Translations under genes and position numbers: made by a program
Part shown: in pieces, positions 8,911-18,009 of the stretch
Numbering within the stretch: position 1 is the first letter of the stretch
How the letters are laid out: each line of letters opens with the position of its first letter
Notes under the pieces: generated by a model
Seen by the model: only the letters and a program-made list of their open reading frames with translations
What the model was told of the DNA's origin: nothing
Database searches by the model: none
Source of the DNA: a virus
Taxonomy: Duplodnaviria; Caudoviricetes
IMG/VR virus record: IMGVR_UViG_3300022665_000963
Coordinates: 1 to 56,327 of that record
Length of the DNA stretch: 56,327 nucleotides
Strand: one strand, 5' to 3'

Positions 8911-9495
8911 ATGACAGTTGTTCAATTTTATGAAAACGTAGGTAAGGCGAATGGCACCCGGGATCCCCTCGACGTGTACGAGACGCCCGGGTATGTCACG
9001 CGAATATTGCTGGAACACGTCGACTTGGATGGACCAGTGCTCGAGCCCGCAGAGGGTAGTGGTCGGATATCCCGGATACTACGTGACACGGGCCTGGGCC
9101 TGGAGGTAGTTGGACAGGACATAAGGACCGGTCACGATTTCATGGCCTACGAGGGACCCTGGGAGGGAGACATCGTCACCAATCCACCCTACAGGGACGG
9201 TCTGGCCCAGGCCTTCACAGAACATGCCTTGGCTGTGGCGGAGGGCCGAGTGGCGATGCTCCTGAAGTCGGGATTTTTGTGGGCAGACTGCAGGAGAAAG
9301 CTATTCTGGCAGAATCCCCCGGAACTCATCCTCATCATACCGGACAGGGTGCTATTTGTACAGCGGGACGGTACTCCCATATCCGGGCAGGTACACAGCC
9401 ATGAATGGCTGGTATGGCCCAAGAGAGAGGATAGGGGACCTGACGTGACTACCAGGATGGAATGGTCAAGAGACCTTAGAGAACTAGAAATATAA
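8911..9495 (+). CDS. amino (N6-adenine/N4-cytosine) DNA methyltransferase
   Basis: DVYETP, SAM-binding LEPAEGSG and catalytic IVTNPPY motifs. Confidence 0.8.
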   Translation: MTVVQFYENVGKANGTRDPLDVYETPGYVTRILLEHVDLDGPVLEPAEGSGRISRILRDTGLGLEVVGQDIRTGHDFMAYEGPWEGDIVTNPPYRDGLAQAFTEHALAVAEGRVAMLLKSGFLWADCRRKLFWQNPPELILIIPDRVLFVQRDGTPISGQVHSHEWLVWPKREDRGPDVTTRMEWSRDLRELEI

Positions 9496-9533
9496 AATGG
9501 TTGAATTATTTAGACTTAACAAAGGAGATAACT

Positions 9534-9806
9534 ATGGACAAGCTGTTCACTACTGACGGATGCAGCATGTTCCCAGATGGGGACTGGGGGGGATGCTGCG
9601 TGGAACACGACAAGGCCTACTGGGAGGGGGGATCCTACGCGGATCGAAAGAAGGCGGACATAGAACTGATGCGATGCGTGGCAGGAAAGGGTAGACCCTG
9701 GGTGGCCATGCTGATGTACATGGGAGTGCGGATCGGGGGCTGCTCGCTGTGGCCCGTACCCTGGCGCTGGGGTTACGGCTGGAAGTGGCCGAGGGGTAAG
9801 AAGTAA
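9534..9806 (+). CDS. small Cys-rich protein with a phospholipase A2-like CCxxHD motif
   Basis: TDGCS...CCVEHDKAY...ADIELMRC; AAGGAG RBS before ATG 9534. Confidence 0.6.
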   Translation: MDKLFTTDGCSMFPDGDWGGCCVEHDKAYWEGGSYADRKKADIELMRCVAGKGRPWVAMLMYMGVRIGGCSLWPVPWRWGYGWKWPRGKK

Positions 9807-9812
9807 CACGAC

Positions 9813-10187
9813 ATGGTTGAACTATTTGGGATTAATATTGCAGAGGTGATCGCTGACGCCATCGATGAGGCCGGAAATCTGAGGCCAGGCACACTCACCA
9901 GGATCACCCCGGGCACGAGGACGGGAGGCAGCCTCACGGGCGGCACCAACCCCCCCACTACCTCACATAGTCTCCAGGGTTTCGTGGAGACGAGGACCAG
10001 GAGACGTGAGGGCACCCTGGTGGCCTCCCCGATGTCCGTGGTGACGATAATAGGAGCGTCGGTCACCCCGATCGCGACGCCAGAGGTGAACGACACGGTG
10101 CTGATAGACGGCGTCACGTGGGACCTGCTCGAGCTGCTGTCCCGGGACCCAGCATCCGCGGTATTCGAGTTCAGGGCGGAGAACTAA
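9813..10187 (+). CDS. head closure / neck protein
   Basis: 124 aa; position and the C-terminal RDPASAVFEFRA motif. Confidence 0.65.
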   Translation: MVELFGINIAEVIADAIDEAGNLRPGTLTRITPGTRTGGSLTGGTNPPTTSHSLQGFVETRTRRREGTLVASPMSVVTIIGASVTPIATPEVNDTVLIDGVTWDLLELLSRDPASAVFEFRAEN

Positions 10188-10188
10188 C

Positions 10189-11154
10189 GTGGCACTACCT
10201 ACTGTAGATCCAGCACAAAGATTACTGGACCTCATCGCCAGGGCTGAACCTCGACTGAGGAACGCGTTCCTCAATGCCATCACAGCGGCGAAGGAGGCGA
10301 GCACGCTCACGGCACTGTCAGTGCTCCTGGAGAGTGGCCAGATCGAGGAGGCACTGGACATAGCGGCGAGCGCCGGGGCCATAAGGCTGTCCGCTGAGTA
10401 CGCCGCCGTGTTCACCCTGGCAGGGCGGGAGGGCGCCGAGTTCCTCGAGGACGTCCTGGAGGTGGCCGTGTCCTTCGACCAGGTCAACCAGCGCGCCGTG
10501 GACGTCATGCAGCAGGAGAGACTGAGACTCATAACCAATTTCACGACGGAGCAACGGGCGGCCACGAGATCGGCCCTGGTAGACGGCATAAGGCGTGGCT
10601 TAAATCCGGTGGAACAGGCCAGAAATTTCCGCGGTAGCATCGGCCTAACTGCGAGACAACAGGCTGCCGTCGAGAACTATAGAAGGCTCCTCGAGCAGGG
10701 CTCATCGGAGGCCCTGAGGCGAGAATTACGGGACAGAAGGTTCGACAGTACGGTGCGAAGTGCCATACGAAGCGGTGAGCCCCTGACCGTGGCCCAGGTG
10801 GATCGGATGGTGGAGAGGTATCGTGAGAGGTTCATCAGTTTTAGGGCCAATACCATAGCACGTACCGAGGCCCTGAGGGCAGTTCATGCCGGCACAGATG
10901 AGATGTACTTCCAGGCGATAGACGACGGATTCCTGGGGGCGGATCAACTGGAACGTAGGTGGCTGACCGCCAGGGACGAGCGCGTCAGGTCGTCCCACAG
11001 AAGACTGAACGGTCTTGTGAGGGCCATAGGTGAGACCTTCCCGGGGAACGCGGGACCGCTGAGATTCCCGGGAGATCCGGATGCCCCGTCCTCGGAGACG
11101 GTGCAGTGCCGCTGTGCCCTCAGCACGAGGATAGACGTGCCGTCCGAGGCATGA
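10189..11154 (+). CDS. head morphogenesis / minor capsid protein (Mu gpF, SPP1 gp7-like)
   Basis: RANTIARTE, WLTARDERVRSSH and FPGDP...VQCRC motifs. Confidence 0.9.
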   Translation: MALPTVDPAQRLLDLIARAEPRLRNAFLNAITAAKEASTLTALSVLLESGQIEEALDIAASAGAIRLSAEYAAVFTLAGREGAEFLEDVLEVAVSFDQVNQRAVDVMQQERLRLITNFTTEQRAATRSALVDGIRRGLNPVEQARNFRGSIGLTARQQAAVENYRRLLEQGSSEALRRELRDRRFDSTVRSAIRSGEPLTVAQVDRMVERYRERFISFRANTIARTEALRAVHAGTDEMYFQAIDDGFLGADQLERRWLTARDERVRSSHRRLNGLVRAIGETFPGNAGPLRFPGDPDAPSSETVQCRCALSTRIDVPSEA

Positions 11155-11246
11155 CGGATAAACGACGGTACCCCGCGTTGGGACTACGTGCTAGACTTTT
11201 CATTAAATCTATAAAACCCTCAATAGTCAATCGATAGGAGAAAAAC

Positions 11247-11834
11247 GTGGGCGTGGAGAAACACCTTGATGATCAACTGTTTGCAGCGCCTTGTACTTTT
11301 AAAGCTCCTATAACATTTGAAGAGGCAAACGAGGTCAAAGGGACTGGTGATTTCAAACAGACACTTGATATATCAGCAAAAGGAATGCACCTAGGAGCCG
11401 TAAATGCTCAGCATGTCTTGAAGAATTTTAAGGAAACTACTGCTTGGACTCCTGAGGTTGAGGATAGTAGATTTGAGTTTCAAGGTCAAGCCTATACTAC
11501 ACAGGTTGGCAAATTCTTTGAAATTGGCAATCTAGTATTTTTTGATTTACATATTAAAATGATAAGTTTAGGAGCTTTGATTACTTCCCAAGTAGTGAAT
11601 ATCGTTAACTTGCCAGTTCCTATGAAAGCAGGCAGTTTTGGTTCTGCTGCTGTAGGCCAGCTTGTTGGGTTTAATCTTGCAGGGACCTTTAGTCCATCAG
11701 GACGATATGACCCAATTACTCAATCAATAAGACTGATGAATATGAGTTCAACCGCAGGTCACTCTTCTGTGCTTTTCAGTGAGTTATCAGCCGATGGTGA
11801 GTTAAAGATGTCAGGCCACTATGAAAAAGCTTAA
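11247..11834 (+). CDS. tandem paralogue 1, putative fibre-tip/decoration beta-sandwich protein
   Basis: WTP...YTTQVGKFFEIGNLVFFDL...MSGHYEKA; AT-rich. Confidence 0.7.
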   Translation: MGVEKHLDDQLFAAPCTFKAPITFEEANEVKGTGDFKQTLDISAKGMHLGAVNAQHVLKNFKETTAWTPEVEDSRFEFQGQAYTTQVGKFFEIGNLVFFDLHIKMISLGALITSQVVNIVNLPVPMKAGSFGSAAVGQLVGFNLAGTFSPSGRYDPITQSIRLMNMSSTAGHSSVLFSELSADGELKMSGHYEKA

Positions 11835-11852
11835 CAGCTAGGAGAATAAACT

Positions 11853-12443
11853 ATGCCTGCAACAAAACGTAATAATCCACAGTTATTTGTGGCTCCTGTT
11901 ACATTCTTTGATGTTGCTAAGTTTGAAGGAGACATCCTAGCCAAGAAGACTTTCACCTTCAAGAAAACACTTGATCTTTCAGTCGCCGGTGTATTCCTGG
12001 GGGCACCAGCTGCGCCGCGTATTTTGAATAACTATAATGTAAACACCTTTACTCCTAAAATTCAAGATGCTAGTTTTTCAGATGCTGAGGGGCAGACTTA
12101 TAATACTCAGTTGGGTTTCTTTACTGAAATAGGTACCTGGGTATTTTTTGACTTGAAGCTCGACGTGTTAAGTTCGGGAAGTCTATCAGGATCAGGCCCC
12201 GTAAACGTCATATTGGATGGTGCTCCGACTATGAAATCGGATGGTATGGGTACGGTCCTAGTGGGAGATGTCACCAGTTTCAACTTGGCTGCATCAGGAC
12301 GTCAAGTGTCCGGACGAATGGATCCAGCTACTGATTCTATACGGCTGATGGAACTTAATTTAACAGCAGGTCATGGTTCTATAACTGTTACCAGATTTCA
12401 AAATGGTGCGTTTATAATGTCTGGTCATTATGAAAAAGCTTAA
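11853..12443 (+). CDS. tandem paralogue 2
   Basis: FTP...YNTQLGFFTEIGTWVFFDL...MSGHYEKA. Confidence 0.7.
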   Translation: MPATKRNNPQLFVAPVTFFDVAKFEGDILAKKTFTFKKTLDLSVAGVFLGAPAAPRILNNYNVNTFTPKIQDASFSDAEGQTYNTQLGFFTEIGTWVFFDLKLDVLSSGSLSGSGPVNVILDGAPTMKSDGMGTVLVGDVTSFNLAASGRQVSGRMDPATDSIRLMELNLTAGHGSITVTRFQNGAFIMSGHYEKA

Positions 12444-12454
12444 GGAGATTGACT

Positions 12455-13042
12455 ATGCCAGTATCAAAACATCGCGATGACCAGCTATTCATGGAGTCTT
12501 GTACATTTGATAAACCTGGTTTCTTTGACGGCGATTTTAAGGCAGATGATACTTGTGCCTTCCTTGAAATCCTTGATGTTTCGGTTGAGGGTGTATTCTT
12601 AGGCGTAAGGGATGCTGCGCATACTTTGAAGAACTATAATGAAGGTGGTGCTTTTATCCCTACGATTCAGGATTTAAGTTTCTCAGATGGGGAGGGTCAG
12701 ACCTATGACGTACAAGTGGGCACCTTCACTGAAGTAGGTAATCGCGTATTTTTTGAATTGCATATTAGAATGTCAAGCGTGGGCATTTTGGCGAGTGTTA
12801 TAAATATTGTGCTATCTGATCTTCCTGCCATGGCTTCTACAGTCTTTGCCGCTATTGGAGTAAATCAAGCAGTTGGCCTTAATCTTGTGGGCGCTTTTCA
12901 TATGAGTGGGCGTCTTGACCCAGCTACGCAATCTATACGGTTGCAGCAAATGAGTACAAATACTGGCATGGCTTCGGTGACCCCCGCTCAATTCTCGGAT
13001 AATGGCGAAATCAAAATGTCGGGCAGTTACATACGAGCTTAA
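12455..13042 (+). CDS. tandem paralogue 3
   Basis: FIP...YDVQVGTFTEVGNRVFFEL...MSGSYIRA. Confidence 0.7.
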   Translation: MPVSKHRDDQLFMESCTFDKPGFFDGDFKADDTCAFLEILDVSVEGVFLGVRDAAHTLKNYNEGGAFIPTIQDLSFSDGEGQTYDVQVGTFTEVGNRVFFELHIRMSSVGILASVINIVLSDLPAMASTVFAAIGVNQAVGLNLVGAFHMSGRLDPATQSIRLQQMSTNTGMASVTPAQFSDNGEIKMSGSYIRA

Positions 13043-13058
13043 CAAAGGACTAGTACAG

Positions 13059-13475
13059 ATGACAAAACAGCAGGATAGCTTTGAGCTGAGGGCGAAAGTC
13101 CTCAAGATCGACACGGGTCTCGGCCTCGTGATGGGACATGCCATAGTATGCATGGAGGATGGCGAGCCATACTTCGACCTGCAGGGCGATCACATCCCGG
13201 AGGAGACCATGCTGAAGGCGGCACTGGACTTCATGGAGAACAGCCAGGTAGCCAAGGAGATGCACACCGGCGATCAGGCCGGCACGGTCGTATTCGCCTG
13301 GCCGATGACAGAGGATATAGCCAAGGCGTTCGGCATCCTGACGAGACGTACTGGGCTCATGATAGCCATGCGTCCGAACGAGGACATGCTGAAGCGCTTC
13401 CAGCTGGGAGAGCTCACCGGTTTCTCCATAGGCGGACTCAGATTGAAAGACGAGGAGGTTGAAGATGCCGATTAA
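13059..13475 (+). CDS. XkdF-like prohead protease (His/Ser-containing part)
   Basis: DLQGDHI, KEMH and GELTGFSIGG motifs. Confidence 0.8.
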   Translation: MTKQQDSFELRAKVLKIDTGLGLVMGHAIVCMEDGEPYFDLQGDHIPEETMLKAALDFMENSQVAKEMHTGDQAGTVVFAWPMTEDIAKAFGILTRRTGLMIAMRPNEDMLKRFQLGELTGFSIGGLRLKDEEVEDAD

Positions 13476-14898
13476 GTCAAATGCTGGTTCACAGATGCCG
13501 GTCAAACGCCGCATCATGCGAGAGTTAAAGATCAACGAGATCAGCGGCGTCGACGTACCCGCACAAGAGGGCGCCACTGCGGTCATCATGAAGCGCAAGC
13601 ACAGGCCCGAAGACCGGAAGAAGAAGAAGAAGAAAAAAGGTAGCGGTCATCTAGACAATTCCCAGACAGACGAAATGCTCGCCAAGGGCGCAGCGCTCAC
13701 CACGGATGAGGAAGGTTTCGCACACCTGGTCATCCTGAGTGGACCCCCAGACGGAGTAGAACAGACCTCTGGAGAGACCACGTGGCAGGACGGACACAAC
13801 CATCCCTGGGTGCGTACACCGGAAGGGGATATTTTAATAGGAGCTGGAGAGAGCTCTGACGGAGTATCGCACTCACACACCATCGCCGTTATGAGTAAGG
13901 CGGAAGAGGACGAGGACGGTACAGAGAAGAGAAAGTTCACCGCACAGGAGCGCGAGCGACTGGCGGACGAGGGCAAGGCCCTCCCGGACGGTAGCTTCCC
14001 GATCGTTACTACCGCGGACCTGAGGAATGCCATATCGGCGTTTGGCAGGGCAGCAAACAAGGCGCAGGTGGCGCGGCACATCAAGAGGCGCGCAAGGGCC
14101 CTGGGTGCGACGGACCTCCTGCCCGAGGAGGGCAGACTCGCCGGCCTCCTCAAGAACGAGGCGAGTGAAGACGATAACCAGAATGCTGGCTCTGCTGGCG
14201 AAGTCGGAAACAAGGAGATCAATATGCCCGACACGAATAAAAAGGTCGAAGAACTGCAGGCTCAGCTTGCACGTGCTAATTCAGTGGCCAGCCTAAACGA
14301 TGCTGAGAAGGCACACTTTGAGACTCTCAAGGGTGCTGATGCAGATACGTTCCTGGCCAAGTCAGTTGACGAACGCAAGACGGAGGTCACAGCGATCAAC
14401 AAGGCCCAAGCCAAGGCGGATATCGATGCCAATCCGGTAGAGTATACCACCATGGACGGTATCGAACTGCGCAAGTCCGCGGGTCCTGCCTTCATCTCGA
14501 TGGCCAAGTCCAACGACGCCCTTCGCAAGCGCGTTGACGAGGGTGATAAGAAGCTCGAGAAGGCAGCCCTTGAAAAACGGGCTGAGGCTGAACTGCCTTA
14601 CCTCCCGGGGAACCTTGACACCCGCGCCGCCATGCTGAAGGCAATCGACGGCATCGAGGACGAGTCCCAGCGTAAGGCTGCCATGAACGCCCTGAAGGCT
14701 CAGAACGAGAGCATGAGCAAGGCCTTCAGTAACGTGGGACACGGCAACACGCCCGCACCAGGCAGTGCTGACGAGGAGCTCGATGCCCTGGCCAAGGTCT
14801 ACCACAAGGACCATCCGGAGTTGACGGAAGAACAGGCCTACAGTGACGTCTTGGATACCACCAAGGGCTCTGAACTCTACACAAAAACACTCAACTAG
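13465..14898 (+). CDS. capsid scaffold/assembly protein with an N-terminal protease-like strand
   Basis: N-terminal INEISGVDVPAQ, HxH repeats, ALPDGSFPI domain, coiled-coil C-half; precedes the decoration and capsid genes. Confidence 0.7.
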   Translation: MPIKSNAGSQMPVKRRIMRELKINEISGVDVPAQEGATAVIMKRKHRPEDRKKKKKKKGSGHLDNSQTDEMLAKGAALTTDEEGFAHLVILSGPPDGVEQTSGETTWQDGHNHPWVRTPEGDILIGAGESSDGVSHSHTIAVMSKAEEDEDGTEKRKFTAQERERLADEGKALPDGSFPIVTTADLRNAISAFGRAANKAQVARHIKRRARALGATDLLPEEGRLAGLLKNEASEDDNQNAGSAGEVGNKEINMPDTNKKVEELQAQLARANSVASLNDAEKAHFETLKGADADTFLAKSVDERKTEVTAINKAQAKADIDANPVEYTTMDGIELRKSAGPAFISMAKSNDALRKRVDEGDKKLEKAALEKRAEAELPYLPGNLDTRAAMLKAIDGIEDESQRKAAMNALKAQNESMSKAFSNVGHGNTPAPGSADEELDALAKVYHKDHPELTEEQAYSDVLDTTKGSELYTKTLN

Positions 14899-14951
14899 GC
14901 GGACCGCCTAGCTGACCTGGATCAACCACAAGCCTGAGGAGAAATAAATCA

Positions 14952-15374
14952 ATGGCTATTGCAGAATCAACCACGGTGGTCAACCTGATCGCCGGTGAGG
15001 ATCTTCGAGGTGACTTCGGAGAACTCGTAAAGATCGAGAACGACGCGGGCGTCGGCAAGGTCATCAAGACCACGGCCGTCACAGACAGCCCGGTGGGTGT
15101 CATTGCTGAGGAGCCTGATGCGGCGGCAACAACCGACGGGGAGACCGTTCCAGTTGCCCTGTTTGAAGGTATCATCAAGGTGAAGGCGGGTGCGACCATT
15201 ACGGCTGGCCAGCTCATCGTCCCTGACGTGACCGCTGGCCGTGTGGCTGGTATCGCGAACCAGGCCGCTCTGGTGGCGGACTCCACGGCCATAGGCATCG
15301 CTCTTGTTAGCGCCGTCGACGGTGACATCTTCGAGGTGCTCGCTCAGGTCATGACGTCTTCTACCGAGACTTAA
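14952..15374 (+). CDS. capsid decoration/cement protein (DUF2190-like)
   Basis: 140 aa, Ala/Gly/Val-rich, GIIKVKAGATITAG motif; immediately before the MCP. Confidence 0.8.
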   Translation: MAIAESTTVVNLIAGEDLRGDFGELVKIENDAGVGKVIKTTAVTDSPVGVIAEEPDAAATTDGETVPVALFEGIIKVKAGATITAGQLIVPDVTAGRVAGIANQAALVADSTAIGIALVSAVDGDIFEVLAQVMTSSTET

Positions 15375-15417
15375 TAGTTTAACCCGGGCCAACCCCTAAC
15401 AAGGAGGACTAAATTAG

Positions 15418-16446
15418 ATGCCCTTTACAAGACCATCGCGGGGTGACGTTCATGTCAATAAACCGCTAACCAATATCTCGATTGCGTTCATGCAGTCCAC
15501 AGATGCCTTCGTGGCCGCAAAGGTGTTTCCGAACATCCCTGTGAGCAAGAAGTCTGACGTGTTCTTCACGTATGACCGGGGTGAATTCAACCGGGACGAA
15601 ATGAAAGAACGGGCTCCTGGCACCGAGAGTGCTGGTAGCGGTTACGACATCGCGACCGACAACTACTTCGCCCGGACACGAGCCTTGCACAAGGACATCT
15701 CCGACGAGGTACGGGACAATGCCGATAATCCGATCAACCTGGACCGTGAGGCCACCCTCTACCTGGCCGGTAAAGCCATGATCAAGCGGGAGGTTACCTG
15801 GAATGCTGCCTTCTTCCAGTCCGGTGACCCCGGTGATACCTGGACCTTCGACGCGGACGGCAATGCCACCGCCTCGGGCGCGGCTTTCGATCCGACCGAT
15901 GCTGCCAATAACCAGCTCCTGTTCTGGAACCAGGCCGCCTCAACGCCCATCGAAGATGTGCGTCTGCTGAAGCGCTTCGTACTGGAGAGCACGGGCTTCA
16001 TGCCAAATACCCTCACTCTAGCACGCGGGGTATTTGACGTGCTGATCGACCATCCAGATATCGTCGGTCGCCTCGACCGCGGACAGACCACTGGTCCTGC
16101 CCTGGCTACCCGGGAATCCCTCGCTGCCCTCTTCGAGGTCGATGAGATCCTGGTGATGGATGCGATCCAGAACACCGCCAAGGAAGGCCAGCCCGCTGTC
16201 CATTCCTTCATCGGTGGCAAGCACGCCCTACTGTCGTACAAGCCTTCGGCTCCAGGCATCTTGACCCCCTCTGCTGGATACACCTTCAGCTGGACCGGTC
16301 GCGTAGGTGCCAGTAATGAGGGGATGCTTATCAAGCGTTTCCGCATCGAGAAGGAAGAGAGTGACCGGGTGGAGATCACCATGTCCTACGACCAGAAGTT
16401 AACCAGTAAAGACCTGGGTGCCTTCTTCGGTGACATCATCGAGTAA
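15418..16446 (+). CDS. major capsid protein
   Basis: 342 aa, HVNKPLTNISIAF...VFPNIPV; strong RBS AAGGAGG. Confidence 0.9.
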   Translation: MPFTRPSRGDVHVNKPLTNISIAFMQSTDAFVAAKVFPNIPVSKKSDVFFTYDRGEFNRDEMKERAPGTESAGSGYDIATDNYFARTRALHKDISDEVRDNADNPINLDREATLYLAGKAMIKREVTWNAAFFQSGDPGDTWTFDADGNATASGAAFDPTDAANNQLLFWNQAASTPIEDVRLLKRFVLESTGFMPNTLTLARGVFDVLIDHPDIVGRLDRGQTTGPALATRESLAALFEVDEILVMDAIQNTAKEGQPAVHSFIGGKHALLSYKPSAPGILTPSAGYTFSWTGRVGASNEGMLIKRFRIEKEESDRVEITMSYDQKLTSKDLGAFFGDIIE

Positions 16447-16477
16447 AAGTAGGAAACTACTGAACAGAATATAGCGC

Positions 16478-16504
16478 GTGACGGACTCCTCTGGGGCCCG
16501 TCAC
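16478..16504 (+). terminator. stem-loop after the MCP (possible terminator)
   Basis: GTGACGG...CCGTCAC hairpin; weak U-tract. Confidence 0.5.
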
Positions 16505-16520
16505 CTCCCTTAACTAAAGG

Positions 16521-17186
16521 ATGAAACCCATGGCGCAAAGAAATTACACAAGAGTCCGGCACTGGAAGCAGCGCTTCAACAAGAACGCCAAGTTCTTATG
16601 TCGCCGGAATTTCACCTGGGATGGCAAAGAGTACCACCCCGGAGACCTTATCCCCAAAGGTCTGGAAGAGAATAAAGGTAAGCTGCGGCGTTTCTGGGAA
16701 GCCCAGTGGATCGAGCTAGCCATGTTTGATACCCCAGACGTCTCCACCGGTCGCGTGGTCCCAGATGCCGACCCCGATACAGATCCTAATACCCACATCG
16801 ATAACCTCCCAGAGGGAGTAAGTGTAAAGAGGTCTAAAGGATCCTGGTTCCTAGTCATCGTGGATGGCGTGGAGAATAAAATTAACGGTGAAAGAGCTCT
16901 CGGCAGGATGCTCGATGAGCTGCGCCTTAAGGCAGATACTGAAAGTGACACCGAGGGTACTGATGGTACCAAAGATTTGGACAGTGACGACAATTCGGAC
17001 AAAGAAAATCAAGAAGATATTGCTGCAGTAAAAGACTTTCAGGAAAAACTGACCCGTGGCGAAGAAGAATTGATCCCCGCTGCCGTTGCCGAAGAGCTCA
17101 TCCTGGGCGATGATATCTCTGATAAAGACCAGGACGATAGCTGGCTGGATGGCGAAGAAGACACCAACCTTAAAGCTGAGGGATAG
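16521..17186 (+). CDS. hypothetical protein with an acidic C-terminal region
   Basis: 221-aa ORF after the MCP. Confidence 0.7.
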   Translation: MKPMAQRNYTRVRHWKQRFNKNAKFLCRRNFTWDGKEYHPGDLIPKGLEENKGKLRRFWEAQWIELAMFDTPDVSTGRVVPDADPDTDPNTHIDNLPEGVSVKRSKGSWFLVIVDGVENKINGERALGRMLDELRLKADTESDTEGTDGTKDLDSDDNSDKENQEDIAAVKDFQEKLTRGEEELIPAAVAEELILGDDISDKDQDDSWLDGEEDTNLKAEG

Positions 17187-17191
17187 GCCAC

Positions 17192-17602
17192 ATGGCTAAT
17201 CCACAGGTAAGGGCCATAGTCCGGGCAGTTGAGAGGCTCACAGAGCGCATCATAACCAAGATAACGCTGGACATAACGGCCAACCTGATAGAGGCCACCC
17301 CGGTCGATACTGGCTGGGCCAGGGCAAACTGGGTGCCAGCCATAGGAAGGCCCTTCGAAGCTGACCTGGAAGGAATTACGCCCACGCCCCAGGATGCAGC
17401 TTCTGCCGGGGCACAACAACAGGTCGCCCTGGTGAGCCTTGCAACGGGATACAAATTAAACAGGGGTAAAGTGTTCATATCGAATAACGTGCCATACATC
17501 CTGGGGCTTAATGAGGGAACCTCCCGACAGGCCCCCTCAGGATTTGTCCAGAGGGCCATCAAGAAGGCCGTGACGCAGGATATAGGGGGACTTGCAACAT
17601 GA
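17192..17602 (+). CDS. neck/tail completion protein (HK97 gp10-like)
   Basis: TPVDTGWARANW, SNNVPYI and SRQAPSGFV motifs. Confidence 0.85.
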   Translation: MANPQVRAIVRAVERLTERIITKITLDITANLIEATPVDTGWARANWVPAIGRPFEADLEGITPTPQDAASAGAQQQVALVSLATGYKLNRGKVFISNNVPYILGLNEGTSRQAPSGFVQRAIKKAVTQDIGGLAT

Positions 17603-18009
17603 CGACCCTGACTGAGGCAAAGGAAGCCGTGTACCTGAGGTTCACGAGTAACTTCACGGGAGTTGCACTCGACAGGATTTTCTTCGATAACGAAGAGGGT
17701 GAAATACCAGACACTGGTGACTGGGTGAGGCTCGTCGTACGGAGCACCGCCCGCACCCAGAATACCCTTGGTGGGGTAGGCAACAGGCGATTCAGGTCGA
17801 CAGCCTCGGTATTCGTGCAGGTATACACGCAGGCCAATACCGGTGTAAAACAGTCAGACATACTGACCAAGGAGGCCGCGGACATATTCGAGGGAGTCAG
17901 CTTCTCCGGGCTAGACTTCCAGAGTGCCGTGATCCGAGAGACAGGTCCTACTGGGAAATGGTATCAATCAGTGGTCGAGGCGGAATTCGAATATGACGAG
18001 ATTAAATAA
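17599..18009 (+). CDS. tail terminator protein
   Basis: 136 aa; WVRL...VFVQVYT; position before the tail tube. Confidence 0.75.
   Translation: MTTLTEAKEAVYLRFTSNFTGVALDRIFFDNEEGEIPDTGDWVRLVVRSTARTQNTLGGVGNRRFRSTASVFVQVYTQANTGVKQSDILTKEAADIFEGVSFSGLDFQSAVIRETGPTGKWYQSVVEAEFEYDEIK

Noticed and set aside
11247-13042. Diversity-generating retroelement or invertible cassette behind the three paralogues
   Set aside because: No reverse transcriptase or recombinase in the window, and the copies are diverged throughout rather than at adenines only.
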